Positions 30,691-45,479 of a DNA stretch of 64,000 nucleotides are shown piece by piece. Each line of letters starts with the position of its first letter. Position 1 is the first letter of the stretch. The notes beneath the pieces were generated by a model that saw nothing but the letters and a program-made list of their open reading frames with translations, made no database searches and was not told the origin of the DNA. The DNA comes from Auanema rhodensis. Its lineage: Eukaryota > Animalia > Nematoda. Location of the stretch: assembly GCA_964057225.1 (NCBI GenBank), contig OZ059894.1, positions 10,354,001 to 10,418,000 on the forward strand. Direction: 5' to 3'. Made by a program: the position numbers and the translations under genes.

Positions 30691-31675
30691 TTTTAATTTC
30701 TCATTCCTCTTGTTAATTTTTAGGATTTTTGAAAAACAGAAAGAAAAGAGCACAATTCACTTGAGTAGGCATCTATGAAGCGTATATTCTGATTTCTAGT
30801 AAACTATGAAGGATTCGGAAAACAAGTAAGATAAGCACAACGCGGATACATAGATATGATATAACTTCTAATTAGTATTGTTGTTGTTGTTGTTGTTGTT
30901 GTTATATCTTCTTCTTCTTTTTTAAAAATTTTAAATGACAAATAAAGAAAAATGATTCCAAAATGAGTTTATACGATACGTTAATGACCTCAACTTCATA
31001 TTAAATTCATCCTCAATGCATATTTTGGATGTATAGTAGGCATCATCATAGACTTCAATTCATTTTTAAAAAGTTTAATAAAGAAAGTTTTAAAGTTTTG
31101 TTAAAGAATTATAAAACTTTAATTATAAAACTAAAAATTTTAAGTAAATGATAATACAAATTGATGAGATGACATCTCACTCAATTGATCCGATCATCAG
31201 CTTCTATACTAGGAAATTATTTTTAATTTCTTTATTTTGAATGCTTTGTTTATTCTTTAAATTAAAATAATCAAAATACTTCAAATTAACACTTTGTTTA
31301 TTGTTTTTTTTTATAAAAAAAAAAGATTTTAACGCTTATTGAACAAGCAGGCCAATAAAACAATTCAAAAAAAGCTTAGCAACCATGAGTGAGGAAAAAT
31401 CAGTAACAACAATAAGTGGGGCCCATACAAAGATAATTCAAATTAATTTCTTTAGAATTCGAAAGAAATGAAATTTTTTAAAGGCAAGATGATAGTGAGG
31501 GGGCTTTCTCTTCCAAAATTAGAAGATATGAGAGATGAAAAAAACAAACAAAAAACAGAACATATTGAGATTAAGGATTACAATTAAGGTTTTCTCATGA
31601 TTATACTTCTTAAAACTTAAATATACAGTATAATTAACGTTAATTATTCATAATAATGACCATATCATATTGTCA

Positions 31676-34600
31676 TTAACATCCTTTAACGGCTACGTTA
31701 TCTGGACATTCACATTTGGATCCGCTTTCTGAAGGCAAACATAGGTAATTGCATCCACCATTACTATCAGCACATGGAGATGGAGCTAAAATTAAAATAT
31801 ATTTATATATATCTTTCATCTATAATTGCTTTAATAAAACTTTAACAACTTAAAAACTTACGAGCAGCACAATTCTTAGGAATACTGATGATACCGTATA
31901 CCTTGCCGGATCCACCAAGAGAAATAGGGAAGCTGGTATAGCTATCTCCATAAATTCCTACAGAATGAATACGATTGCTGAAATAAAAGTTGTAAGTCTC
32001 AAAGGCGAATAAGCTGTATCTCATACTCTCTCCAATCAGTCCAATAGAATCGTTGTTCTTCATCATGTGTTAAACCAAATGGATATTCAAGTGGAGCATA
32101 AACAACACGTCGATGTTGTCCATCAAATCCAATGCATGACAATCTAAATAAGAATAAGTTGAAGAATAAGTTTATAAGAAATATTAATTATTATAAATAA
32201 ATTTATTAAATTCTTCTAATCATACCTATGACTTCCTGCATCAACCCAGCATAATTCACGACGATTAGGTAAAACAGTTAATCCATTTGGGAGATGAACA
32301 TCATCATTTAAGAATATCTAATAAGAATATGATTATTATTAATTATTCTATTTATTTATTTATTATACTAACTTTATTATTTTTACCATCCATATCAACA
32401 CGTCCAATTAAAGGATTTTCACGATGCCAATCAGTATAATACAAATGTCTAAAATATTATATTTTGTAATAATATAAGTTAATATAAGTGATTACCTGTT
32501 GTACAGATCTAATGCTACTGATCGTGGATTGACCAAGCCTTCCGTTACTAAGCTCTTCTTGTACTTTCCATCCAATGAAGCAACTCCAATTTCATCGTTC
32601 AGTGAATCCGCATAGTAGACGTTTCTGAGAAGCAAGCCATTAAAAATCAGAAAATGCAATCTCAACGTCATTACCTGCTGCTCCAATCGACGGCAATTCC
32701 TTCGGGACTGTTCAATTCAGATGATAGGAAGGCAGACTGATCTGATCCGTTTAAGGAAGCTGAACGAATCTGATGGCCAGATATATCACTCCAGACTAGG
32801 CGCTCCTCCTCACAATCAAAATCAAGTCCAACAGCAATATGATGAGGAATAACAATAATCTAAAACAAATATTAGATGTAGAGGCTGAAATGGAATAATT
32901 TACTTGTTTTCCAGGAACATCAGCCGTTGTTCCTCTTTGGAAGATAGCCATTCCTCTAGCAATAAAGAGAGAATCTCCACGATCTTCGGAATCAGCTATA
33001 AGATACAAAATGAATTATACGTATAGTTAAAGATTTTCTCATCACGTACCAGTACATGTTCTTCCATTTCCATGATATCCGTATAAGCAATTACATACGT
33101 AATGACCAGCTTCTCCGGGAACACATTCTGCATGTTCATCACAGATTTTTCGATCATCAAGGCATGAAGCTGAAAAACATGAAGCTTTACCATTGAACAG
33201 TGAGTCAAGTTGTTCTATGAGATTTGAACTTCTACATATAGCTCTGTTGATTTAAAGTTTAAAATACTTTAAGAAGTTTATAAGCATTCATGCGTAACGA
33301 ACACCCAACTCGAAAAACTTACTTCTCAAAGCACAAACGTGACCATTTCCTTCGTATCCAACATTACATTTACATTGATATGCTCCAGATACTGAATTCT
33401 GAGAACAATGACCATGAATAGAGCAGTTAGAGCATCGTGGAGTATCTTAATAGTTAATATATCATTTAGTTTATGACATCTATCTAGCTACAGTATACCT
33501 TGTACAGTACACTGATTGAATCCATCTCCAACAGATCCTGGCTTACAGATACAAACATAAGTATTTTGATCATGATTCAAGACACATTGAGCATTTGAAT
33601 GACACATTCGTGGATTTTCATTACATGTTGATGGACGAGCATATGGAAGACAGGATACTCCATCACCAGTGAATCCCGTGACACACTTGCAGACGTAAGC
33701 GCTTTCTGTTGTACCATAGACACATTCAGCATTTTGATGACAAGCTGATGGATCAGCAGGATTGCATTTGTCTGAAAAAAAAAGCAAAAAAATGAGAAAA
33801 AACGTTTGGAAATGCTTAAAGCATACCAGCAATCTGGCACTTGTTCACCCCATCACCACGATATCCTGGCAAGCATTCACAGATGTATTCATTTCCTGAT
33901 AGAGCAGCAACGCAATGGCCATTCTGATGGCATTCGGTTGATTCTCGGCAACGCATTGGACGAGCTAGAAAAGGAAACAATGACGTCATCATGCAATAGC
34001 TTTAACAAACCTGGAGTTCCACCTTCCCAGTTAGGAACATTGCTATGAATACGAACACATGATAAACCATCTCCAACATAACCTTCTTGACATTCACAAC
34101 GATATTTACTAAATATATATATTTAATTATATCATATAGTTAATATATGAACTTACTTATAATGTGAATCAAAAGTACATTGAGCATTCTGATGACAATT
34201 TCTTAAACGATCACATCCAGGTTGTTCAACTAAAATAAAAAATATTATTCTATTTTCATTTAAACTTCAAGTTTTAATTCACAAAATTTGGTGTAAACTT
34301 ACGTGGAGGCAATGCAGCTCCAAGCTCAGTTTTAGAGCAATACTTTCCGTCTCCAGAATATCCAGATTGACAAACACATTTGTAATTTCCACCCATTACA
34401 GTACGTTCAAAGATACAATCAGCAAATTGATGACAATCTCTTGTAACATCACAACCAACAGAAGCTTAAACAAACAAACAACATATAATTATCATTAATA
34501 TAGTTAGTATAACTAACGATTATTGTATGGAATATCAACTTCTCCTCCAGATGATGATCCAGATGACGTCAAATGGCATTCAATTCCATTACCAATATAT

Positions 34601-35885
34601 GGATCTGTACAAACACATTGATAATAGCCAAGTTGATGACTGTAAGCACATGATCCATGCTCAGAACATTCATCGTGTGATCTACATACAGTACCTGAAT
34701 ATCATTGTTTTAACATTTATAATGAACAAAGATAGAATTACCGATTGTTTCATCTTCAGTGTTATCACTTGAGCTACTATCATCCATCAATGATTCACAT
34801 GTTATTCCATTTCCAATATAACCAGCTTTACATACACATTCAGACTATAATAATAGTTAAATTATAATTAAATATTGGTAAAGCATACTCCTCCAGCTGT
34901 ATCTGGCATACATTCAGCATTCATGTCACACACATGTCGTCCACAAGGCTTTCCTGATTTTGCTGGTACATTAGCATTATGTTGTTGAGCAGTATTTTCT
35001 ATAATTATGTGTGTTTATAATCAGTATAGTTAACGATTATTACGTTCTGGTGGTCCACAGTGATTAACTCCATCTCCTACATACCATCCACGGCATTTAC
35101 AGATACCGGATGGATTTCCGGGTGTGAAAGAGCATTCTCCAAACTGATGGCATTGACGGTGATTTGTACAAGTTCCAGCTGGGCCCTATTATGATTTTTA
35201 TGCATTTGTTCTTCAAATTTGTAGAGAAAGAAATGTTTAAACTTACAGCTCCAGCATCAAATGGTTGAGCAGGATGGCTTTCAACATGATGTTGATGAGC
35301 TTGTTGAGCTGTATTTCTTTCTTCTCCAATTTCTAAATATCAATTCATATGAAGACAAATTCTAAAATAGATTTACTTGAACATGAATGTCCATCTCCTG
35401 TATAGCCATCATTACAGCTACAGCTATATCCACCATCACTGTTAGTACAAGAAGCAAAGTGTCCACAGATCTGTCCCTGACTACATTCATCAATATCTGA
35501 ATAAGTAAATGATTTTTTTCAAATTTTCTTGAAGTTATGAATCACCTTCACAATTCCATCCGATAGATGAAGCTGAATCAGCTTTAGCTTGAAAGCCTTC
35601 TTCACATACACACCGATATGATTGTTCCCATGGAATACAACGCATAAATGGAAGAGTACAGACATGAGCTCCATGAGCACAAACTCCCTATAAATTTTGT
35701 TTTCAAAAATTATTTTGAAAAAAAAATGAAATACCTCAGTAATTTGAAGAGGACGAGAAGCTGGACGAACTGTTTGACCATGTTGACGACGATCAAAGTG
35801 AGGTGAACTGGCTGGTGCTTCAGCAGTACGAGTATTAGTTCCGACATGATTACGAGAAGCATAACTGAAACTTTAATTATGAAAA

Positions 35886-35947
<62 letters not shown>

Positions 35948-38739
35948 GGAGAAGGGGTAACTTGAAAAAACCACTTACCGTACAATTCCTTCATTAGAAT
36001 CATATGTTACATGAACTCTTTTAACTGATAATTTCACAGTTGTTGGCTTATCAAACTGAAACAAAAAATGAATTTCAATTAAATTTTAAAATTTGATATA
36101 TTACCGATTTGAATGGACATTCTTTGAAATTAATTTGTTGATCAATCGTTACTCTCATAGTTTGTTCTTGACCATTTTCACGAAGAATAACATCCATAGA
36201 TGTATATGACCGAATAAATCCTTTAAATATATTATTATTATTAACTATATGTATAATATTATTTATATAAAATACCATTTCCTTCTTTTCTATATTCTTC
36301 TTCATAATCAGGGAATACAACTTCAGCATCTGGAGAAATATCAGGAAGAGTTCCAGAAACGAAAACCTTCAAAAAATAAATTTTAAAAAATAAAAAATAA
36401 AAAAATTAATACATTAGCTTTAAGATAATGATAGATATCTCTTCCAGAAAATTCTTGTTTGATTGTTACATAGTAACGATCACCAATATGAAGAGTAACA
36501 GATCGATTGAATAATCCACCAGTTAGCATGAATCCATTATAAGCATCAGTTGCTTGAACCTGAATATATTAAATTAATTAATTAAATTAAATTTAAATGA
36601 AATCAATCAATGCGACCGTTTGTTTGTTGTTTGTTTATTCAAATGCTCATTTGCCCAGTTCACGTGGAATTCACGTGGAACTCACGGTAATCATGTGAAT
36701 CTCATCACGTAAGAATACATTAGAATAGTGAGACTTACTTCAGCGAATAGCCATCCCATAACTGATCCAACAGGAAGAAGAAGAAGCATTGGACTGGCCA
36801 AATCAGATGGAATCTGAATTCAGAATATGAGTATCCAGATCTGATGCTGTTTTATGAAAACCTTTGAAACTGCAGTAAATGCATGACCATCAGTTGGAGT
36901 AATGAATGTATGAAGATCAGTCTTTTCAACTGCTTTACCATTGAGTACAGCTTCAAAGAATCCAGATATACGTTGAGGATCTCCTGAATATGACATTCAG
37001 TTAATATAATTTTATAATTTGTTTTTAAACCTTTCTTTAAACATTCTTTTCCATTTCCGTAATAGCCAGGTTGACATATACAGCAATAACCTGGATTTTG
37101 ATCCCTGAAAATCATATTTGTTTTAATTTTAAAATGAATATGAATTACCGGCATTCTCCATTTGTGTGACAGGCTGTTTCACCAGCAAGATCGCAAGAGC
37201 TAGCAACTTCTTCAGAATCATAGCTACCAAGAGGAACTGAAAGTTTGTTAATTAAGAATATGATGTTTGAATACAATAAGCTTACTTCGTTGAGATGAAC
37301 GATCAGGCTCAGCTGGTTGAGCATCTTCAACTTGACGTGATTCATCAGCTTCTCCATCTTCCTCAGATTCAGCATCTAAATTATAAATAATATTGTTAAC
37401 TATTCATTTAGATATATAAAACCTGCACAGATGCATCTAGTACATCCACGATCATCAACAAGGTTATTACAACGTTCAGGACAGCTATCAGAATAAGCAT
37501 CAACTGGGCAATCTTTTGCTGAAAATATAAGAAAACAGTTAATGGAATATTTGAAATAGGCTTTACGTTGTTGACGACGTTGTTCTCCATCATAGTCTTG
37601 ATCATAATTTCCATAATCATATTCTTCTCCATTCTCTTTAGGGTCTTCAAATGCTGGTCCAGAAATACGGAAAATGAAGTAATTTCCATCATTTTGATTT
37701 GAAAGACTAAACTTATATATCTAATTACGCTGTTAACTATGCTATTAACCTGGCAATTTGTTTAACATCTGGTCCACCACTGTTCACAAGTGCATGGTAC
37801 ATGTCAGGCCCTGTGAAACCAGCTTGAGCATAGATTCCAGCTGATGATGACCATGGTAAATCTCTGTATAATAGGATACAGTATGAGAATATTCCATCAG
37901 AAGCAATTGCTAACTAAACAAATTATATGAAATAATAAAATAATTGAATTCTCTATGAATTTTTACTTGAAAAACAGCTTGTCCATCGTTTTCTTTGTTA
38001 TTAACTTCATCCCAAGTTACAATAATAGCTTGGAGAGTTTGAAACTCTGAACCATCAGCAAATTGATTTCGAACATAATCTGATAATTTTCTTAAAACAG
38101 CTTGATCAGATGTAGTTGATCTAAAAATATAAATTAATTATATAAATTAAATATTTATAGATGACCTATAGTATACGGTAGAATCTTCTACTGGTGCATA
38201 GTAAACAGCAATTGCACTACGATTCAATCGTTGAAGAGGAGTAATACTATCTAATATTATATTTATTAATTATATATTTATATTTTTATATTTTTTAAAA
38301 ATTATTTAAACATACCAGGTACTTTTTGATCAAAAGATACAATTCCAGTCGAACTAATGAATAGCTCATCATGTTCATTTTCAAGAAAAACTACAGGAAT
38401 TTCCAATGCTACAGCATGCTGTTCAGTAGAATACGGTATAATCTAAAGAAATACAAATTCATTTTCTTCTTAAACATTCAGCATATCAAAGATATTTTTT
38501 TTTTAATTTCAATAAGAGATTTCTTATCATTTTACTAAAAATTTTATTTTCTTATCTGATAGATTAGAATAAGCAAAAAAAATTACAATTCATAGTAATT
38601 TTGTATTAATTAATTAAAATAAATAAATAAAAATATATAAACATACTTGATCTCCAACAGTTTGTCCAAAATCAAATAGTTCTGCTTGAGCAGATATTAA
38701 AGGAATAATTAGTGACAGTAACAATAGTTTGAGCCTCAT
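31676..38739 (-). CDS. nid-1: Nidogen/entactin (basement membrane glycoprotein)
   Basis: Signal peptide MRLKLLLLSLIIPLISA; NIDO domain (IIVTWDEV, FQLAIASDG, AQAGF); EGF; G2F beta-barrel (PVGSVMGWLFA, NGFMLTGGLFNRSV); many EGF repeats (CHQNAECV...CKCVTGFTGDGVSC); YWTD propeller (SPEGIAVDWSS, LVNPRSVALD, LYYTDWHRENP, LCWVDAG); final EGF ending CECPDNVAVKGC*. Dozens of short introns. Confidence 0.97.
36659..36712. repeat. TCACG-core array (nid-1 intron)
   Basis: TTCACGTGGAA TTCACGTGGAA CTCACGGTAA TCATGTGAA ... TCACGT; CpGs at 36663, 36674, 36685 and 36708. Confidence 0.8.
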
Positions 38740-40571
38740 GGCTCCTAAAAAAATGAAAATTTTAATAAAAATGAATTTAAAAAGAAAGAAAAAAGAATAA
38801 TATTACTTATATAGTTAAATATATATTATAGAATATATATATAATAGTATATTGGTTGGTATATACTATGTATTTGATGATTGATAAGAGCTGCCAAAAG
38901 AAAAAAAAAAGAAAAAATGGCTTGACCCCTTGTCTTATAACTTCATTTGATACCATAAAGAGAGAGGATGAGGGAGAGAAAGTAAAGTATAAAGAGAAAG
39001 AGAATGAGAGAATAAAAGGAAATATTATTATATTGATAAGACATTTGAATGATAACATCGTATTATGATTGGGTTGTTTCACATAAATTTTGTTTGCAAT
39101 ATCTTCTAAAAGTTTATGAAAAACTATGAACTAACTCTTCTCAACTAACTATTTAACATATAGTTTACATTTCATATCTTATACATATATATATATATAC
39201 GTATAGTTAGTTATAAATAAGAAAAAAAGAATGATTTTCATATAAAAAAAGGCTGAATAAGATGAAAAAATGGCTGAGGATGATACGAAGTGAGTATATG
39301 CTATGAATGAAGGGGGAGGAGTGAAGTTGTAGTAGAGAGAGGGCAATAAGATGACGCTGAATGAATCAGTATAGTAAAGGTGAGATGATACATATATGTA
39401 TTTATGAATATAAAAATATATATTAAACAATACTATATATATATAGTTAGCTGTTTATAGTTATTATTTATAAGATTAGAGGTAGAAGAGGTCAATGTGT
39501 TGTTGAAGAAAATGCTGACTCATTTACGGATGGATGAGCAAAAATTCTATTAAGAAAGGATAATATGAATACTAATATAAGTAATAATTGGACATATTCA
39601 GTATTTAGATAGAATAGTTAGAGTAGAACTATACCATATAAGGTTAACGACCTCAGGTCGAATTTTCAAATGGAAAACTGCTCATATGAATGGATGACAA
39701 TGAAACAATGGAAGAGGTGTCAGCAAAGGATCAAATGCAGAAATACAAGGAGGATTTAGGTAAAAGATGACATAAGATTTTCATAAAATTTAACCATATC
39801 ATATAGTTAATAGTAAAAATGGAAAGACAACAACAGCTTACAACAGTTCGAGCAGAGAACATAAGCGGTAACTGAGGTGTTTTTTTTTCCGAAAAGCAAG
39901 ATAACTTCTGCTGTCGGTAATCTGAGAATACCGTCTGGTCGGCAGAAAGGAAGAGAGGTCCTTAATAGCCTTCTGGAGTATAAGGAAAAGGCAAAAAGAG
40001 GAGGATATTATGAATTAGATGATAAACAGACGTCAAATAGAGATTATAAAAAGTAGGATAACAGGTGCTTGTATATAATGATATAAGAAAAAAATAGAAA
40101 ATACCATATAACAATAGAAATAGAAAGAAATATATTAAGATGTATGAAAAGAAAATAAGAAGAAGGTAAGAAGGGTGAGAGAGTTAGAGGTTAAGAAGAA
40201 GGAGAGAGGAAGAGTAAGAGGTTAAGAAGAAGAAGGAGGAAGAGGAGAGAGGGAGGGAGGGAGGTGAAGAAAAAAAGGGATTAAATATAAAATACATAGA
40301 AAGAAGAATAGAAAGGTCATTATACTTAACTGTATATATGTATTAATATGAGCCACTTGATAGAATTAAATAAAAAAATTAATAAAACAATAAATGGATT
40401 TAGATTGAATATTAAGAAGTTTAATCATTTTTTTAGAACAAAATCAATATTGTAATGAGGATCAAGAGGTCAAAATAAAGAAAATTATGAACAAATTTTT
40501 GATTATACACACGTGAAATACACGTGAAGATAGATTAAGTAGAATTCTAGACAAAAAGAGACAGAGTGTGT

Positions 40572-40629
<58 letters not shown>

Positions 40630-41347
40630 TGAAGAATAAGGCAGAAAACTGAAAAGATTTGTTGAATTGTAAGCTCGTTATGTTACATCGTTAAGGCTCC
40701 ATCTATATTTGTATGCATTTAGGAAAGAATGTGGTAAAGTTAAAGGAAATGAGAAAAAAAACTTTGGAAGATATTAAGTATTTCCAGCTGCAATACAAGA
40801 CAAATGGAAGTTGTGTGAAAGATCTTTTGAACGATGAATTTTCAAATAATGAGACAAGAGACTGTGAAAAGCACCTTTGACCAAGAAATTTGTCATTTTA
40901 TTTCAGAATAAAAATGAGAACATGTGTCTATTGAACTGTTAAAAAGTCATAAAAATCTTTTTTTTTTCTGTTCATTTTCACATTTTAAAATAGAAAATAT
41001 ATTATACTATATTATACATATAATAAATATAATTTATAGTTATACATATAAATAATATTTTATTTAAAAAAAAAAAAGGTTTGTAATTTGATTTCAAGTT
41101 TGAAACAAATGAGGTTTTTTCCAGCCATGCTAGATCTCTTTATAATTAATCATTTCGTTCTATCTGTTGTAACAGTTTTTTTCAATGACTCAATCACTTT
41201 AAATCTTTTTTTTTGCTCAAAAATTTTATTTTATGTTTGGAAATAAACATTCAACTTCAACTTGAAATTCGGATATATTTGGATTTTTACAGATATTCTC
41301 AGACATCTTCAAATTTCGGTTTAAGCTTTGTTTCATCAATATTGATT

Positions 41348-41410
41348 ACACGTGAACTAAACGTGAGCTGTGCGTGAGCTATACGTGAAATGTGCGTGAA
41401 AATCACGCTT
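41348..41410. repeat. CGTGA-core array with exact 11-bp period
   Basis: CpGs at 41351, 41362, 41373, 41384, 41395 and 41406; the spacers differ between units. Confidence 0.9.
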
Positions 41411-44400
41411 ATCAGCGTCTTCATTCATTATTTCATTTTCAAATAGTAGACGTTCAATTGGTTTTATATAGTATATACAATATTTTATATACTATATATA
41501 CATATAGTTAAGATTTAACCAGTTATGTATATACTAACTATATGGTTTGATTATTATATTTGAAGTTCTAATTCAAGAATATGAAGTATATAACTTGAAT
41601 GTAAAATTAGAAAATTGAACTTTCAATTAAAATTATTTTACAAGAAGAAGATTTGAGATTTTTTAATTAAATTAGTAGTCAAGTGATTACATCAACGAAT
41701 GATGATTCATCAGTTAATTTCATTCTTTTTTTTTCAAATTTTCATTTATTTTTCAACTTTAATATTATATATATATATTTTATTAATATTTTATTAAAAA
41801 ATTTAATAAATTTGAAGAATATTTTGTGATCTATGAGTTTTTAAATTTTTTTTGTTTACCGAAGAGACGACATGTAACCTATACATCTTGACGAGTAAAC
41901 TCTTCAGAAATCCACACACACTTTCAAGAAGCCGGTTCGGATAAGTTTCATCCTCTACTTCAGTCTTATGCAAATTTGAGATGTAATCTTTATCTTTCTT
42001 TAAATTTAAGAAAATAATAACTTAAATTTTAATAATAAAAAACTTCTTAATTATATACATATAGTTAGTTATATTTAAATATATTTTAAAATTTTTAATT
42101 AATTTCATAATCAACTGTATTTCTTGAAATTGAAGTAAAAATTCAAAAACTTTTATTCTTTTTGATAAAAAAAAAAGAATATTTTGATTAAAGAATTCAA
42201 ATATAAATTCTTTAAAAAAGATTGAAGAAGAAGAAAATTGAGAAAAGAAAATGATATAACATGTCATAAAGAGAAGAAATACATATAAATCTTTTTGACC
42301 TCTTAGTCCAGCTATATATACATATATTTCCATTTTAATCAAAATATTATGTTTATTTATTATTTAATCTATTAAGATAAATCTGAATTTATATAAATCT
42401 TTTTTAAAAAATATGTTTTTTTTTTTCTTCAAATATTTCTGTGTGAAATGAAAAGTAAATTTTGAGAAAGAAATGGGAATAGAATGTGCCAAATGCTCTA
42501 CTATGTCAACATTCTTCAATGATTTTTCTTCTATTGTTACTGAAATAATTTATTACAAATGAAACAAAAAAAAATGGAAAAAATCGTTTATCGCAGTAAG
42601 CTGTGTTCTTCTCAACTCTGACGATGATGAGTGTGGCCAGTGGTCACTACTACTCCTACTTCTACTAAGCATGTCAATGATTTCATTGTCTCTTGTTCAA
42701 TTTCATAGTTCTTTCAGTAACTTTCTCAATATTTTTCTTTTTTGTTTTCATATAAATGCCATGAATCCACCAGTAAAGCTCTTAAGTAGTTTTGGAATGA
42801 AGAAAAAAAAAAAGATTTTCGTTTTAGAAATAATTCAAATTTGGCGCCCAACGGATGTCGTGCAAGGTCGCCATCACATCGTCATCGTTGTCATATTCTC
42901 TACGATGAGGACAGTTGCAACAAATATTCTGATTGACAGAAATTTTAAAATACCTTAATATCTTAACTATGTGTATAAATTAATTTATTATTCTAATTTA
43001 ATAAATTTATTCGTTAATATCTCATTATGGATCATCATAAGCTATCAAGGAAAGTCTTATGCCTTCATCGTCGTCATTCTTCTTATTCTTCTGCTTCTTC
43101 TTCTTCGTGAACTTTTCCATTTTTATCATTCTTTATTCTTGCAAGCATTCTTCTCACACATACATTCACACACACAGTTTTTCTTGAAAAGGTCGATTTT
43201 CAAATTTGATAACATGACATCGTTCACCAGCTGTTTATACTTTCTTCTTCTTTTTCTTTTTGCACTACTTAGTAAATGAATGTTTGCTTTTTTCTTGTTT
43301 TCCCCTCTCTCTCTCTCTCCCTCTCTTATCTCTCTCTATATTCTTGTTTCTCTCACTCCCTCTGATTGTCTTCAATCGTTTTTCTTTCATCATCTTTCTT
43401 CATCCTCATCTTCCACACCCAGTCCTCCTCCTCACTTTTCGCTTCTATTCCCTTTTCTCTTGTTCATCCCCTCTCTATCTCTCTACTGTCTCTCGCTATT
43501 TCTATCTCTGTGTATATTACCTTTGTTGCCTTTCTTTCTCTCTCTCTCTCTTCATATCTTTCACTGTCTAGCCCTATGTTCCATTATGTTTTATATTTTA
43601 CCAATTTATATGTCCATAATAAATTATTTTATTTTCTTGCTTATTTTCCCCTAAAACTTCCTGGAATTTCGCCCGAATATCACGAGTATTTGTGAGTCGG
43701 CTTCTCATTTTCACGGAAAAAAAAAACGTCGTCGTCGTCATCGTTGTCGTCGTGATAGCTTAATCGTTGTCTAAATCGCCTCCGGGCTATTATCTCCAAT
43801 ATGTTAGCCGATTACTCATTATTTCTTAACAAATTATTATTTTTATGACTCATTAAAATACATTTTATCTTCTCATTATCTCTTCATTTTTCAATTAAAG
43901 CTCTCGCTCTGCTTCTTCTTTAATAATAATTTCGCTTCAGATTTTGATTGTTTTCACTCACATTTTCGTGTTATTTCTCGTATGAAACTTTAATTTTTAT
44001 AAACTTTGGCTTTTATATTCATAGAAGGTTCATATCCACTTAAGCTTCATTTCATTTTATTCTTTGAATTTCCGATCTACCTCTATTCTCACATCAATCT
44101 AAACCCAATTCTTAATACAAATCAATGTCTTAAAATCAAAAATTAGTTGTTTTCTCTCTCTCTCTCTCTTTCTCTCTTTAACTTATAATTCAATTGTATT
44201 TTATCTAAATATAAAGTTCATTAACGGCTTTTTCTAATTGTTAATTCAACAACACAAAACATCTGTTTAGCAACTTTAAGATAAAGAAAATGATATTACT
44301 TTCATCATGTTCTAACTTGATTGATTTCAAATCATTAAATCGCATTGTATCTGCTTGTCAATCTTATCTTTTCATTCTTACTAACTATTCCTTCTTCTTA

Positions 44401-45065
44401 ATTAGTTTTTTAAATAAAATTTATTTGTTAAATATATGATTTTATAAAGAAAACTTATTCTTTCAACTTTACTGAACATTGATCGTTCAAACTTTTACAA
44501 AAAAATTTATTTTCATTTTTATTTTTTTTGCACCTTTACCTGATGTTTTAATTCTTTTTGTTAAAATAATATTTCTATTATTTCACACATATATTTATAA
44601 TATTTAATATATTTATAATAATAATAATAATCTTTATTATTATTATTATTATTTTAAATTATAAAAAAAAAAGAAATAATTATTATATTTTAATTTGGAA
44701 TGTAATGTCTGTTGATCAATCTATATAATCTGATTAAATGATATCACATGACAAATCTCTATTACTTAATTAGCATATCATGTATTATAAATAATTAGAA
44801 TAATTAAAATTTTAATTTATTGTTCAATTTAAATTGAATTTCTTCTAACTTCTTACTTTCTTTATATATTTTTTTAATTTTTAATATAATATATACATAA
44901 GTGTATATTCTAAACTATACATATAGTTAAATATATTAACAGTTAAGCTTTTATGTGTATGTTCTTCTTATTTATCTGATTATATGATATAGTTAGTGAT
45001 CATAATAGTTATGATTTTTAGTCATTTAGTTAAGAGAGAATGTATACAATCTTCACACCTCTCTC

Positions 45066-45096
<31 letters not shown>

Positions 45097-45447
45097 CTTT
45101 CTCTCTCTCTCTATTCCTATTAACCCAGAATACATACATACATACACGTATATTGAAGAGTTTGCAAATAGAACAAAGACATATCATAACTATGTGTATA
45201 TAGTTTATAATTTATTTTAAAATAATAAAAATATTTTTAAATATTCTTGAAGAAGACTTTTTTCTTTTTTTCTTTTTTCTTTAAGCATTATGAACACATG
45301 TGTTGCTATGCAATTATCTTTAGTTCTTTTCCATTAGCACAAAGTTCTTGAAAAGACCTTTTCATTTTTTTCGAAAAAAAATTGAAACTTAAGGTCTGGG
45401 TATTGTCTTTTCAAAACTTCTTATAACTCTCTCCCTCTCTCTCTCCT

Positions 45448-45479
<32 letters not shown>

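Noticed and set aside
41348-41410. CRISPR-like interpretation of the periodic arrays
   Set aside because: Eukaryotic DNA with 5-bp cores and 4-6 bp spacers and no cas genes; not CRISPR architecture.
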